Source: Octopus vulgaris (taxonomy: Eukaryota). From it: a stretch of 64,000 bases of DNA. Under the pieces are notes generated by a model. The model worked only from the letters and a program-made list of their open reading frames with translations, did no database searches and was not told where the DNA came from. Each line of letters starts with the position of its first letter. The first letter of the stretch is position 1. Location of the stretch: assembly GCA_951406725.2 (NCBI GenBank), contig OX597823.1, forward strand, positions 106,330,001 through 106,394,000, given 5' to 3'. Shown in pieces: positions 39,707 to 54,367 of the stretch. The translations under genes were made by a program, and so were the position numbers.

Positions 39707-40559
39707 ACCTTAATTATTTGACGGTTTCATTGTCGCTTGGGAATCCAAAGTTAAAGATGTAATTTGAAATACATATGACTGTGTGTATAGAAACATACTA
39801 CAATAATACATACAAACGTATATATACATATACATATATGCATGCATTTACGTTTGTATCTATGTATGTTTGTATGCATGTATTTACCATACCTGTACAC
39901 ACGCATACACACTTAAATATGCACACATAGATACAAGCGTATATAGATACATAATATATATATATATATATATCAATTGTAAATCTACATACATGCGTAT
40001 GATACAGTGCTATATTTTATCTCATTGATTACTTTCTCTGTGATAACAAGTATGGATAATCTCATGCGTCCGTGTTTATGCATGTATGTAGGTATGTATA
40101 TGTAGTTGATGTATATAGGCATATATATGTATGTATTCATTGCATTTAGTCATGTATGTGTATAAGTGTGCCTGTACGGGCGTGTGCCTGTATGTGCCTG
40201 TTATGTGGTATGTGGTACACAGAAATGACAGCATGAAATGCCAATAATAGGTCGCCATTTTTGTTTTTTCTCTTTCCTTTCTCTGAATGACTCCTTTCTT
40301 TGAGTTTTAGATTCTTCTCAACGTGAATTCTTCTTTTGGTGTTTTATTTCAGCCATCCGGTCATCCATTCTCTCTTATAAACATTATTATCGCATCAATG
40401 CCAATGACACCTCCCACCACAAGCCGCCATACTCATACACAACCACCACCAAAACGACACTACCACCTCCATTATCTTCACTACAATGACCACTACCAGC
40501 ACCACCAACCATTATGAAGTGTATTACAAACATCAATACAAACAGTGAACAGCACGAGG

Positions 40560-43005
40560 GACCTGAACTCCATATGTGGTTGCACCACATGCATGAAATA
40601 ACAGCTCATTCCCTAATGTCTTGAAAGTGAACACTAATCTTCAAAAACCAAAATAAGATGCGATGATTATGACAGATGTGCCTTTAATCATATGTCTGTT
40701 TAGTCAGAATTGATCTTAAGGTTATACACAACCATAATATAAGCTAAAAGGCGCCAATAAAAGAGCCCTCACTTGACCTGCCGAGAAATAGTTGCTAGAT
40801 TCCCCCAACTACCCAATCATACCCTTAAGACTATATTATACCAAAGTAGATGAGGTGGTTTGTTACAGCTGGAACTTTTTTAAACCTGGGTTTTCTCAAA
40901 CAACAACATTCTGATCGAGAACATATAAGCAAAAGAATTACGGCCATGACCATTCCATCTAATCTCTAATTACAATGTATCTAAGAACATATGTTGTCAA
41001 ACATGTTCTCCTTTTGCAAGATTATAGTATACTAGCAGTATCGCCCGGCGTTGCTCGGGTTTGTTTCGACTCTTTAGAATTGGAATTTTTGAAAAGTAAA
41101 AATTTTGCATTATGTAACTTGTTATTCCCTTTAAGTGAACATTTTTCTGGTTGAAATACACTGAAAAATGGCGACACAGCGGTCAAAAAATCGTAAAAAA
41201 AAAGGCATTTTCATAGAAAAATGCACCTTTTTGATGTAAATAATTTTTGGTGTTAACATGGTCCGATTTGAATTTTTTCTTCTACGAAAGGAAGAGCAAG
41301 CCTTCTTCTATCATACTCTCAATTTTGGTCAACTTGCGCCGCAGGGTCTCGGAGTATATAGTGTTAGTTGAAGGCTACCTGCCATACACAGACAACTTCA
41401 GCTTTATATAGAGAGAGGTAAGTTGAAAGAGAAGTTCTAAGGTTGGCAACTTTTTAAAGACTCCTCGTTGTTAGTTGTTTAGAAGTTGGGGTGTTAGTGG
41501 TAGATTTATTGAGAGTGTTGTTGATGTTGGTAGAATTAACAGTTTGAGCGACAGTTAGATTCCAATCATAAGAATCTCGTTCTTCAATCAAACATTGTGT
41601 ATCTAGGATACATTATCCAGTAGGATCTTCCCGTTTTAAGAAATTTCCAGTTTGAGAAAGATCTTAGTGTCTTGAGCAAGACATTAAACTGTTTCTTGGA
41701 GGAAGGCTCCATCTCAGGAGTTCAGGAGTTTGGGACAGTAAGGACTTACCGTTTAGTCACCACTACTCCCGGCTCAACACTGGCCCGGCATTGTAGTACA
41801 TTTGAAGAGTCCTAATTAGGGAGCAAGTAGTAGGAGCAGGTCTTGTGGTTAAGGTATTGAGGACTCGGAGGAAAGCTAACTCCTAGGTGTGTGTTACAGA
41901 AACTGACCGGTCTCTGGAAATGCCACATGCCCTGCTACGTGAGCCAGTTCCTCCACTCCCTGGAGTTTGCCTCAAAGGTAAAAACGGGAGAGCAGGAGAC
42001 TAGCACAGTAAATTATGAAGAAACTGGCAATATACAATAGGAAGCTAATAGAGTGCCTTTCTCAAGAAAAATCATGAATCTTCATGTTCTGGCATGGGGT
42101 GGGCTATCATGATTGCCAATGATGAAGGAAGCATAGTCTATGGAGGCTGAGGGGGTGGACTTGGTCCCTATTCTTTGCTGGCTAAGTTACTTCGTTAGGG
42201 GATTCCTCATTGATTCATAACAGTGTTGTTAAAGTTGTTTTGAAGATCCTTCTTTTGTTTGTGATGTTTCTTTCATCTATTTTTGCTGTTGTTTAACCAA
42301 TCTCGCAGAAGGAGAACACGTTGAATAATATATATGTTCTTAGATACATTGTGACTAGAGATTAGACGGAATGGTCATGGCTGTAATGCTTTTGGTTATA
42401 AGTCTTCTCGATCAGAACTTACCAAGGGTTAAACAACAATATCGGTTCCAGCCATATCAACAACATCAACATCAATATCAATAGCTACAATCCCATCATT
42501 TCCTTATTCGATATAATCCTAACACGTGGTTGCGAGACATGCTAAAATAGCAGCTAAATGTCTCTCTCGAAAGAGCCCTAACGAAGAAACTTTTAGATAA
42601 TGTAGACCAAGAATGCAATGACCGACGGTGTGTGAGATGGTCATGGCTGAACTCCTTTGATCACAGGTCTACTCTAGAGTCTAACATAAAGCTAAACTAA
42701 GACCTCTGGTCATCACCAACACCCCATACACCTCCACCACCTCCACCACCACCACCACCACCACCACCATCACTTCTAAACTTCACTAATATCATCACCA
42801 ACATCAGTAAACCACTCCACTTCTATCACAAGCGCTACGATGTTAACATGCACGCTCGACTTGCTAGACGTAGCAGCTAAATAACCCTCGATCATATTCT
42901 CGCTATCCTGAAGGTGAGGAGATATATTGGACGTATGGTCAAATCAGGAGTGTCTTTGATAAGTCTTCTGCATGACAAACGACTTGGGGGTTAAACAATA
43001 GCCAC
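40560..43005. repeat. cluster of about 7 diverged copies of one 130-170-bp repeat in both orientations
   Basis: Recurrent ACTTG..TGCTAGAAATAGCAGC.AAAT..GATGGTCATGGCTG..CTTTGATCA..GGG(C/T)TAAACAAC. 40905-41025 and 42300-42420 are inverted. Confidence 0.7.
41032..41416 (-). mobile_element. non-autonomous Helitron
   Basis: The minus strand starts TCTCTCTATATAAAGCTGAAG and ends with the subterminal hairpin CCCGAGCAACGCCGGG followed by CTAG|T. Confidence 0.85.
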
Positions 43006-43157
43006 AGCATTAAGGCTACCGAGACCATAATAACCACCACCACATCATCTATCCATTCAACACCACCACCATCACCATCATCATCCATCCATTTAACAAA
43101 ATTACAACTACTACTGCCGCCACTACTACCATAGCTCAGCCAACATAATCACTACCT

Positions 43158-43375
43158 ATTTCTTTACTACCCACAAGGGGCTAAACACAGAGAGGACAAA
43201 CAAGGACAGACACACGGATTAAGTCGATCATATCGACCCCAGTGCGTAACTGGTACTTGATTTATCGACCCCGAAAGGATGAAAGGCAAAGTCGACCTCG
43301 GCGGTATATGAACTCAGAACGAAATACCGCTAAGCAATTCGCCCGGCGTGCTAACGTTTCTGCCAGCTCAACGCC
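43158..43375 (-). mobile_element. Meta-domain-like tRNA SINE
   Basis: High identity to 49284-49514. The minus strand has GACTTTGCCTTTCATCCTTTCGGGGTCGATAAA..GTACCAG. Confidence 0.9.
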
Positions 43376-43757
43376 CTATAATCACTACCACCAACAGCAC
43401 CACCTCCATCCGTGCAACACAACCTTTACCACCGTCACAACTACCACTATCAATTCACCACCACCACCACCACCACAACCACCACCATCCTTCCATTCAA
43501 CCCAACCGCTGCAAAACAACCAATTCTACAAATCGTTCCTGCTTCACTATTATAATCCAAACAACCAAACCCAATGCCAACATTTTCATCATTGACCATC
43601 AGCACTTCCGCCATACAACTTCACTAACATCATCCAATACCACCACCACCACAACAACAACAACAACAACACCCACACACACACATCCGATTTTCATACT
43701 CCAGACCTTAATTCGAAAAATTCAAGTCAACATTTCCAATCTAAATGGAAAACGAAA

Positions 43758-43765
43758 TGATGATT

Positions 43766-43799
<34 letters not shown>

Positions 43800-43901
43800 C
43801 GACGATGATAAGGATGGTGATGAGGATGATGATGATGATGATGATGATGACGACGACGATGATGATGATGATTATGATGATGATGATGATGATGATGATG
43901 C

Positions 43902-43955
<54 letters not shown>

Positions 43956-44165
43956 CGACGACGATGATGATGATGATGATGATGATGATGCTGATGATGA
44001 TGATGATGATGATGATGATGACGACGACGACGATGATGATGATGACGACGGTAATGAGGATGATCATGATACTGATGACAATAATCACGATGGCAATGTG
44101 AACAATAATAATAATGATAATAATTGCAACAACAACAACAACAATAGTAATATTAATAGTAGTAA
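43758..44165. repeat. (GAT)n/(AAT)n microsatellite
   Basis: Direct reading. Confidence 0.95.
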
Positions 44166-44882
44166 TAGCGATAATCCAGAAGTAGCGGTAGAAGGATGTC
44201 ATAACAAGAAAATATGCAGCCCAAAACAACAACAACTACCACAACAACAAGTACAAGAGACAATGCAGTCACAGCAACAACAACGACGACAACAAAACCA
44301 ACATCAAAAACTGATAACAATAAAAAGAAAATGTCAGAAAAACTAATGGTCGGACGAATCCATGTTTTAATGGAGACAGGTGGACAGTCTGGTGACCAGA
44401 GCTGACTGGAATTATCAACTGGAAAGATAGGGAGAGATAGAAAATGGACACAAACACACACATACACACACATTCACACACACTCTCTCACACGTACACA
44501 TAAACACACTATGTATGTGCGTATGTATGTACGTATATGGCATACATTTATATGGATATGTGTATACATGTGTTTGTGTATTATGTGTGAGTGTGTTTGT
44601 GTATGTGTATGTATGTGTGTAGTCAGAAAAACCAATGGTTGTCATATTGTCCTTCCGTCCGATGGACATTATAATGGACAGTTTGATTGTTTTGTGTGTG
44701 ACTGTGCATGTATGCATGTATGTATGCATGTATGTATATGTATGCATGTACGTATGTATGAATGTATGTATGTATGCATATACACACACATATATGATGC
44801 TTAATTTTATATTCTTATGGTCCTCTCTTTTCCTTTAAATATGTGTGCATATTATATACATACATACGTATATATATATATG

Positions 44883-44960
<78 letters not shown>

Positions 44961-45098
44961 TATACGTATATATGAGAATGTGTGTATACGTGTGTCTGTG
45001 GTATGGTTTCCAGTTTTTTTTTTTTTTTTCATTTTTATTTTTACTTTACTTTTTACATTTCATTTCATATTCTTTTACTCCTTGTTAGACATATATAA

Positions 45099-45180
<82 letters not shown>

Positions 45181-46029
45181 TTTTATTTTTTGGTCCCAAT
45201 TGTCGGACAACTGGCTAGGCCGATGACTTAACGACCTGGTTTAACGACAACCAAGTCAATTAAACGCAAAGCAAGCACTCTCCCCTTACCTCACACGACC
45301 ACTCTTCACTCTGCTTCTTCATCTTTTTTCCCCCTTCACTCTCTCCACCTCCCTTCCCATTTATTTCTCCCTCTCTTTCTCCCTCACCCTTTTTTTGTCT
45401 TTTTTTACTGTTTTTCCTACTTAAGTCTCTTACACATATCTCTATATATCTCCCTGTCTCTGTCTGGCTCTCTCTCTCTCTCTCTCTCTTTCTCTTTCTC
45501 TCTCTCTCTCTGTCTCTCTCTCTTTCTCTTTCTCTGTCGTTCTCTCTAATACTTTTCTCCATTCCTATTTACCTATCACCAGACACAAACCCAGTCTTAT
45601 GTCCCCATATTTTTGTTTTTACTTTTATGATTCGTTTATTTTCTTCTAACCATCCAGTTTTTCTGAAATATAACATCCCACCCCCGCCCCACCTTGAACC
45701 ACCACTACCACCACCACCACCACCACCACCACCACCACAACCGCCGCCATTACAACTCCTGTCTTACAGGCCATTACTCCCATCACCACCATCGCCACTA
45801 CCACCGCAACCTTCACCATCCCCTGGCAACCATCCTAGCCAGTCGGACTAGCCAGCCACCCTAACAACACAGTCTACATCACACATCTGTCTATATTACT
45901 CCATCTGCAATGGCTAAACACAGCCAAGCTGGTTATTTTTTCTTTTTTACTCTATTTTTTCTTATGCCTTATCTATATATGTATTAAAGAGAATAATTTT
46001 CTCTTCTGCTTTTTCCCCACACTTTCGCT

Positions 46030-46073
<44 letters not shown>

Positions 46074-46123
46074 TCTCTCTCTCTCCCGCTTTCTCTCACT
46101 TTCCGTGCCTACATCTCCTTTTG

Positions 46124-46193
<70 letters not shown>

Positions 46194-46311
46194 ATCTGTC
46201 TGTCTTTTACATTCTCTCATGCATGTATTTAAGAATACATTTGTTTAAAATTTATCACCTCGTCTCTATCTCTCCGATTGACTCTCCCTCTCTATGTTTT
46301 CCTTACTCATG

Positions 46312-46384
<73 letters not shown>

Positions 46385-46753
46385 CATGTGTGTGTGTATT
46401 AATCATAAACTCTCATACCCTGCCTGTCCGTCTCACTTTTCCTCGTTCTCCCATAAACATAAAAAGGATCTCTTTTCTCTTTTTCTCTCTTTATATCTCT
46501 CTTTGCCCTCTCCCCTTCCCTCCCCCTCTCTCCTTCACTCCCTGGAATATTTTATTCTCTCCATCACTTCATCTTCATCTATCTGGTTCTCTCTCTTTAT
46601 CTAACTTGATTTATACGTCTCACCATCTCTTTGCCTGCTTTTTCGCTCTCTTTCTATGACTGGTCTACTCTCTCATTCCTATATAGTTTCTGAAGAGTTA
46701 TTCTAAACACCTTTTCTCTCTCTTTTTCTTTATCAATCTATCGGTTTTTCCCT

Positions 46754-46784
<31 letters not shown>

Positions 46785-47099
46785 CTCTCTCATTCTTGTA
46801 CATATATTAACGATGAATTCTCTCTGCAGCTTAATTCAAGAAACACCATCTTTCTCCCACCATTCTCTCCATATTTTCTCTCACGTATAATCTGTCTGCC
46901 TAAAAAACTTTTTCTTCGCATCTCTTCCGTACATTTCTATAACTAAATCTTCCTCTATCCGTATCTCTCACATACATTTCTCCATCTACCTTTCTTCTCT
47001 TTCTCCATAGCTCTCCCATTGACGTCTCTATCTGAATCTCTCTCTTACTTTTTTCATATATCTTCCAATGAATTGTCTCTCTTTCTCTCTCTCAATCTA

Positions 47100-47199
<100 letters not shown>

Positions 47200-48767
47200 C
47201 CTAGCTGTCTCGTACATTTGTTTACCTAAATATCTCTCTCCTATACGTTTCCGGCACATCTGTCGTTGGAAATCTCTCTCTCTCTCTCTCTCTTCCGACG
47301 TCTCTCGTACATCTGTCAATTTATATATCTCTCTCTTTCTCTCTCTCTCTCTCTCCAGTATATGCCTCGATCTAAATCTCTCTCTCTCTCTCTCTCCTTA
47401 TATCTCTCGTACATATCTATCTATATCCCCTTCTCCTCTCTCCCTCTCTCCCCGCCCACATATCTCCGATACATCTGTCTGGCTAAACCTCTCTTTCTCT
47501 CTTTGCCTCACTCTGTCTCAGTCTACCTTTTTCTCTCCCTTCCCCCCTCTCTCTCTCTCTCCCTTTCACCCTCATGTTATCTCTCCCGGACACTATTTCT
47601 CAAAATGTCTCTCCCGTTACACATTTATTCACTCACAGATTCTCTATCATTCCTTCACCAATGAAAGCTGTCTCTCTATTAAAAGTCTCTCTCTCTCACT
47701 CGCTCTCTCTCGCTCTCTCTCGCTCTCTCTCTCTCTCTCTCATTATGAATTATAACAAATTTATTAGTTCTCTATTCTTATCTTTTTAGCATGATCACAC
47801 ATTTCCCGTCACTCTCATGTATACAGAGTAGATATACTTGAGCATATAAGTCAGCGCATACCCATCCATCCATTCAACCATCCAATACATCCCTCCCTCC
47901 ATCCATCTACCTAACCACCCAATCTTACATACACACACTTACAGAGTCTCTCTCTCTCTCTCACACACAAATGCATACATATATACATAGATTCATACAT
48001 ACAGGATCCAAGACGGCTCTAATGCGCTACTTTAGAGTTTCACCAGAAGATTTGCTTACGAATATCCCGGGATCGCCAGGCACAACTCATCATATCAAAT
48101 ACAACCACCACAACTTCTATGTCCGTTAACTTCATGATATGTGCATTTATCATATGGTGGAAACGTTATGATTCACACGCTGAGTGTCGGAGGTTATTTG
48201 TCTTAAACAAGCTACTTTCGTTTTACTAGAACCAAGGATAAACCACACGTAAATGCTTATATATATATATACGAAATGAAGTAGATAGTCGTACTCGTAA
48301 TGTATATGAGATAGTAAAGTTTCATTGCTGGAAGAATAGGCTATGGGAAAGAAGAAAAAATCCCGATCCTTTACTTATCTAAAGAGGAGGATTTCAGAAG
48401 GTTCTACATTATCAGACTTTATATATCTAATTTTGATGTATTGTGAAGTATTAGAATTTTGTAATTTTTTTTGTGGAAGTGAATGCTGTCCCTTTCACTG
48501 TTGCATACATTTATATCATTGTATCATTATGAGGTCTCACTTCTCGTTCATAATCATTGTTGTGCGTGTGTGTATGTACATACATATATATATATATATA
48601 CGTGTGTGTGTATGCATATATGTACATGTATATATGAACGTATGTACATAAAGTTTTTCCCGCTCACTACATTACATATGCGGAGTTCTAACGCATATTA
48701 AATATAAATATCATTCAGAAACTTTAGGGTATTCTTCCCTCTCCGCTCTTTTCGTATACACGCATAC

Positions 48768-48820
<53 letters not shown>

Positions 48821-49283
48821 CACGCATACATGTTGACCATTAACGATGAGCAAATTAAGTGAACATACTTCGTTAAGGAGAGCTAAAAAGATTGAAACAT
48901 GTCAGTTTCTTTCAGCTGTTGGTTACAGAGACAACATCCATTCCAAAAACGCATTGTGAAAACTTTTGCATCAGCCGACATCGTATGACTTACCTCCCTT
49001 ACTTGTTACTTTAAATTTGATAGCAACGAATGAGAGTTATTACCTTGAAATTACGCGTACACACACAGAGAAACACAAATACACACTAACAGGTATTGAA
49101 TACTCCCAGTATGGAGCGAGGGAAACGATAGCTCAAATGAGCACTCAATACACCCGTTGGGTAGAGTTGGTATGTTTATTGGGGTTAAAAGAGCCGACCG
49201 AAGACTCGGGTATCACATGTACAGAGTAATTGTGTGTGTGGATATGTTTGTCTCGGTATGGGTACATCTGTGTATATATATAT

Positions 49284-49514
49284 ATTTCTTTACTGCCCAC
49301 AAGGGGCTAAACATAGAGGGGAAAACAAGGACAGACAAACGGATTAAGTCAATTACATCGACCCCAGTGCGAAACTGGTGCTTTATTTATCGTTCCCCCA
49401 AAAGGACGAAAGGCAAAGTCGACCTCGGCGGAATCTGAACTCACAACGTAACGCAGACGAAATACCGCTAAGCATTTCGCCCGGCGCGCTAACGTTTCTG
49501 CCAGCTCGCCGCCG
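49284..49514 (-). mobile_element. full-length Meta-domain-like tRNA SINE
   Basis: Minus strand GGCGGCGAGCTGGCAGAAACGTTAGCGCGCCGGGCGAAATGCTTAGCGG..GAGTTCAGATTCC..GCCCCTTGTGGGCAGTAAAGAAAT. Confidence 0.9.
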
Positions 49515-49776
49515 TTTTATATATGCAAGAATACACACACACATACACATACACATATGCATATATACGTATTTATGTGTAAAGTATGACGAAGGTCGTG
49601 GTGCTCCAGCATGACCACAGCTGCTAAAACTCACCATATTGTAAAAGAGCAATGTCAATCTAGTAAAAGCAACCTTCTCTCACCCTCATTCTTCCTTTGC
49701 CCTTCTCTTTCGCTCTCCCCTTCTCTCTTTCCCTCCCTCACTCGCAATCTTCTTGTTTTCTCTCTCTCTCAGGGCT

Positions 49777-49821
<45 letters not shown>

Positions 49822-50032
49822 CCCGCTTGATCTCTCCGTCTCTTCCTCCACCCTTTCTCTTTTTCACTAGATTGCGGTTCATTTTTGTTCTTTCTCACTA
49901 ATTTTCTTTACATCTCTCTTTTCTTATTCTTTCTTATTCGAGTCTCTTTTCTCCTCTTTACTGTTTTCTCCCACTTTCTTACAAATACATTGCCAGGTTT
50001 CACCTTCCTACCCTCTCTATTTCTCTATTGAA

Positions 50033-50082
<50 letters not shown>

Positions 50083-50164
50083 CACACACACGCACCATCC
50101 TTCCATCTCCTCTCTTGTATTTCTCCATTTTCTTCACTCAATGCCATCACGATATCGCATTGAA

Positions 50165-50960
50165 CCAAAGAGGAATCCAAAACGAAATAGAAGTCAAATC
50201 GCCCTCAAATCACCACCCACTGGTCGTAGAAAGGTAAATGTTAAATTAGATGTATTCTGGAATCCCAGCGAATGCAAAAAATGGGATGGTCATGGTTGGA
50301 TGTCTTTGATCATATGTGTTCAATAAGGGCTAACTTGGGGTTAAACAAAAACTGCAGCCATTATGCCCCTATAAGGACACTTGACCTGCTAGAAATAGCA
50401 GCAAAATCTTCTTCAAACCACTTCCTAACATCTTACCAAATGATTTACATTCGATTAAGTAGTCCACTTTATACTATGTTTTCACAAAGAGGGGGGAATA
50501 ATATTTCATGGGACGGCTTTGATCATAGGTGTTTATCGTTATTGTTTAGCCCCAGGTCAGGCTTGGGGCTACTCAACAATAGCCAGATATACAATGGTCA
50601 TCTATAGCCAGATGACCATTATATAGCCAGACATATAATGGTCATCTACACAGACCATAACGACACCTTCATTCACCACCTATTTCACCACCTCGACAAA
50701 ACCATCACACCGCCGGCGCCACCACCACCCTCAACCACTACCACCACTATTATCACAAATGCCATCATCATGACTAACACCACCATATGAAGACTCTAAC
50801 ATATCGTTTGAACGGCTAGAAATAGTAACTAGATGTCCCTCAAATCGCCCCTATGAAAGGAAATGTTGGATAATGGAGACTTAAATACACTGTTTCTGAG
50901 TAATAAAGATGGGATGGTCACGGTTTAATCAAAGCTGACCCAGGGCTAAACAGCAACAAC
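50165..50960 (+). repeat. three copies of the 40560-type repeat
   Basis: ACTTGACCTGCTAGAAATAGCAGCAAAATC; GGGATGGTCATGG..TTTGATCAT..GGGGTTAAACAA. Confidence 0.7.
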
Positions 50961-52945
50961 AATACAACATTATCACTGACTTCATGAACAAACAACAACA
51001 TTGCGTGACCTTCACCACACCATTCCCGTCCCTACCCTCTTACTGACCCCCTACCATCACCACCATTGCCGTCACAACTATTGCCATTCCCAATAACACC
51101 GCCAAAGTCATCATCGACACTACCAGCATCACTACCATTTCCATTACCATCAACCCCCACACCACCACCACCACCTCCGACTCGGTGACTTCGAATCATC
51201 ATCATCATCATCATCATCATCGTCATCATTACCAACTTTACCACCACTATCATCACAATCATCACCATTATCAATAAACAGCATGGCCCTTGTTTTCAAT
51301 ATTACTATGACCATCAATGCCATCACCACCGCTGCAACCATCACCACCACTACCAGACTCCTCACCCACATTCTCAATACCATCCTTACTCCTTTGTGTC
51401 CGCCATATTACAAATTCTCCCTTATTTTGTGCTTTTTTTGTTTTATTCATATTTTTCAGTTTTATGTTCTTTTTTAATTATTTTTCTCCCTTTTCTTTTT
51501 ATTATGTTGGGATTATTTTTTATTTATCCTCCCGTTTTGCTTTCGTCACATCTTCTCTTTAAGACACCACCCACCTCCTTTAGCATTACCATCACCGTTC
51601 CTCCTCACCTCCTCCGGCACCCATCGCTTCTTAGCTAATTCAGCACACACACACACACACACACATGGTCACATACACATACACATGGTCACACACGGAC
51701 GGACATAAAGAGACACACACGAATATGCACATATATATGTATATACATTCAAAAAAACACACACATATATATATATATACATACATACACAAATATATAT
51801 ATTTATACATACATATATACATATATATATGTATATATATATATATTTATATATATATATGTATATATATGTATATATGTATGTAAACATACAGAAGCGT
51901 TAATATGTCTTTGTGCCATATACACGTACATACACATATACATTCACACGTACACAGACTTATATAGACAAGCACACACATTAGCTTCCCTTCACACATA
52001 TAGACTCTACACCGACTCATACCCTAAAATGCCCTGGCCATCCCGCTTGCGTCACAGACAAGGAAGGGATGCGGGAACTTAAGAGGACAGACAGCAATGT
52101 CGGCTACATTGAAACTAGAAAAGATAGACTGACATAAGTAAAGGCTTCCTTTGCAACATTTCCTATATTAAACATGGCGAAAACTGCAAGTGAGATCCAA
52201 CGATGGCGGCGGCGAAGGAGGAGGAGGAGGAGGAGTGAGGAGGACTATGACTTTCGAGGAAGCGTTGGTAACAGTAAATGTGTTGGTGGTGGCGGTGGTG
52301 GTGGTGGTGTTGGTGGGGGTAAGGGGTGGGGGGAAGGATAGGAAGTAAGGGTAGGAAGCTAAAAGTAAAACAAAAGAGGAGCCAGTTAGGCAGACATCTT
52401 GTTTGTTTGTTTCTTGTTGTTGTTGTCGTCGTCGTTGTTTTAGTTGTTGTTGTTGTTCTTGCAATCCAAAGTACAAGAAAGAGCAAAATAATATTAATAA
52501 TAATGACAACAACAATATTATTTTTATTAATAATATTAATAATACAAATAACAAAAATTCACAAAACAACAAAAGAAAATACTCCATAGCTGTCTGGTCA
52601 CATGACCAAAGCCATCATATATTTCGCGCCATCTGACTATTTTGTTTTCTTCTATTTATTGTTTTCTTGTACGTTTTCTTCCTTAATATTTTTTTTTCAT
52701 ATTTTGGCTCTGTCTTGCCTGTCTGTCGATCGGTCTGTCTGTCCGTCCGTCCGTTTGTTTGTCTCTCTCTCTCTCGCTTGCTCCCTCTCTCTCTCTCTCT
52801 CGCTTGCTCTCTCTCTCTCTCGCTCTCGGTCTGTCTCTGTCCGTTCTCTCTGTTCGTCTGTGCTTGTGTCTGTCAGATGATTTCATAATTCGGCAATTTT
52901 GTCCTGATTTTCTGTCTGGATGTAACGTCTGGACACACAGCGTCA

Positions 52946-53083
52946 TATGTTTGTATGTATGTATGTATGTATGTATGTATGTATGTATGTATGTATGTAT
53001 GTATGTATGTATGTATGTATGTATGTATGTTTGTATGTATGTATGTATGTATGTATGTGTATGTATGTATGTTTGTGTGTATG

Positions 53084-53114
<31 letters not shown>

Positions 53115-53207
53115 GCATGTATGCTTGTATGTATGTATGTATGTATGTATGTATGCATGTTTGTATGTATGTATGTATGTATGTATGTATGCATGTATAT
53201 ATGTATG

Positions 53208-53240
<33 letters not shown>

Positions 53241-53541
53241 TTGTATGTTTGTATGTATCTATGTTTGTATGTGTGTATGTATGAATGTATGTATGTATGT
53301 ATGTATGTATGTGTTTGTGTATGTATATATTTATTTGCGTACTTGCTTTTTCTTTGTTTATTTTATCTTAGTATAGGTGTGTGTTTATATTTGCATATAT
53401 TCATATACACACATGGATACGTACATATATATATTATATATATATATATATATGCGTGTGTGTGTGTGTGTATGCTTGTATTATGTTTATATATGCATAC
53501 AAATGTAAACATGTATGTACACAAGTATATATGTATGTATG

Positions 53542-53619
<78 letters not shown>

Positions 53620-53620
53620 C
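52946..53620. repeat. (GTAT)n/(GT)n compound microsatellite
   Basis: Direct reading. Confidence 0.9.
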
Positions 53621-54168
53621 ACACGCATATTTCAGCTATATTTTGCAAAAAGGGACAAGGAGAAATAGGGAGAAGCGTAGGAGCAAAATGACAAATAGAC
53701 AGATAGACAAACAGACAGGCAGACAGACAGACTGATAAAGAGATAATGTTTCTTTGAGAAATAGATGGATAGATAGAGTGATAGATAAATAGATGCATCA
53801 CAGCATTTCTATTCCGGCAAAGTGTACACCATTAGAACTATCGGTTCGTGTGACAACCACTCAGCATGAAGGTCAGATGGACTGTTGGAAAAAATAGGTC
53901 GAACTTACTTCAGATGAATTGATAACAATATCATTTTAAATTATATCTGTGATATTTGCAAGAACCTTTCATTTTGTTTTGTTTTTAGTTCTTTGTTGTC
54001 CCTATCTTCACAATTATCACTCTCTGTTTGTCTTATGTATCAGTCTGATGTGATGGCTGTAGATTTACAGCAGTCTCTCACTTTTTTCCTTGCGTCTCTC
54101 TTACTCTCTTTCACCCACTGTCTTTTGTATATGCATTTGTGCGTGTGTATATGTATATACCTATATAT

Positions 54169-54213
<45 letters not shown>

Positions 54214-54332
54214 CAAGATATTGCATCGCAATCATTAACATTTATGTATTAACTTTGTTGGGTACTTCGCTAGCAGTATATTGGATATACGTTATCCCAT
54301 AGAGGGTTGCATTTACAACCCCTATCTCAATT

Positions 54333-54367
<35 letters not shown>

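Noticed and set aside
43348-44346. 332-aa acidic poly-Asp ORF resembling a biomineralisation protein
   Set aside because: It starts inside a SINE and consists of CAC/GAT/AAC microsatellites. There is no signal peptide, and similar GAT tracts occur elsewhere in the window.
48885-48910. GAAACATGTC half-hammerhead (also at about 27722)
   Set aside because: No upstream CUGANGA box or stem II.
50579-50649. Short direct plus inverted repeat (TAGCCAGA..ATGGTCATCTA x2)
   Set aside because: Most simply a local slippage or template-switch duplication, too short to support a functional call.
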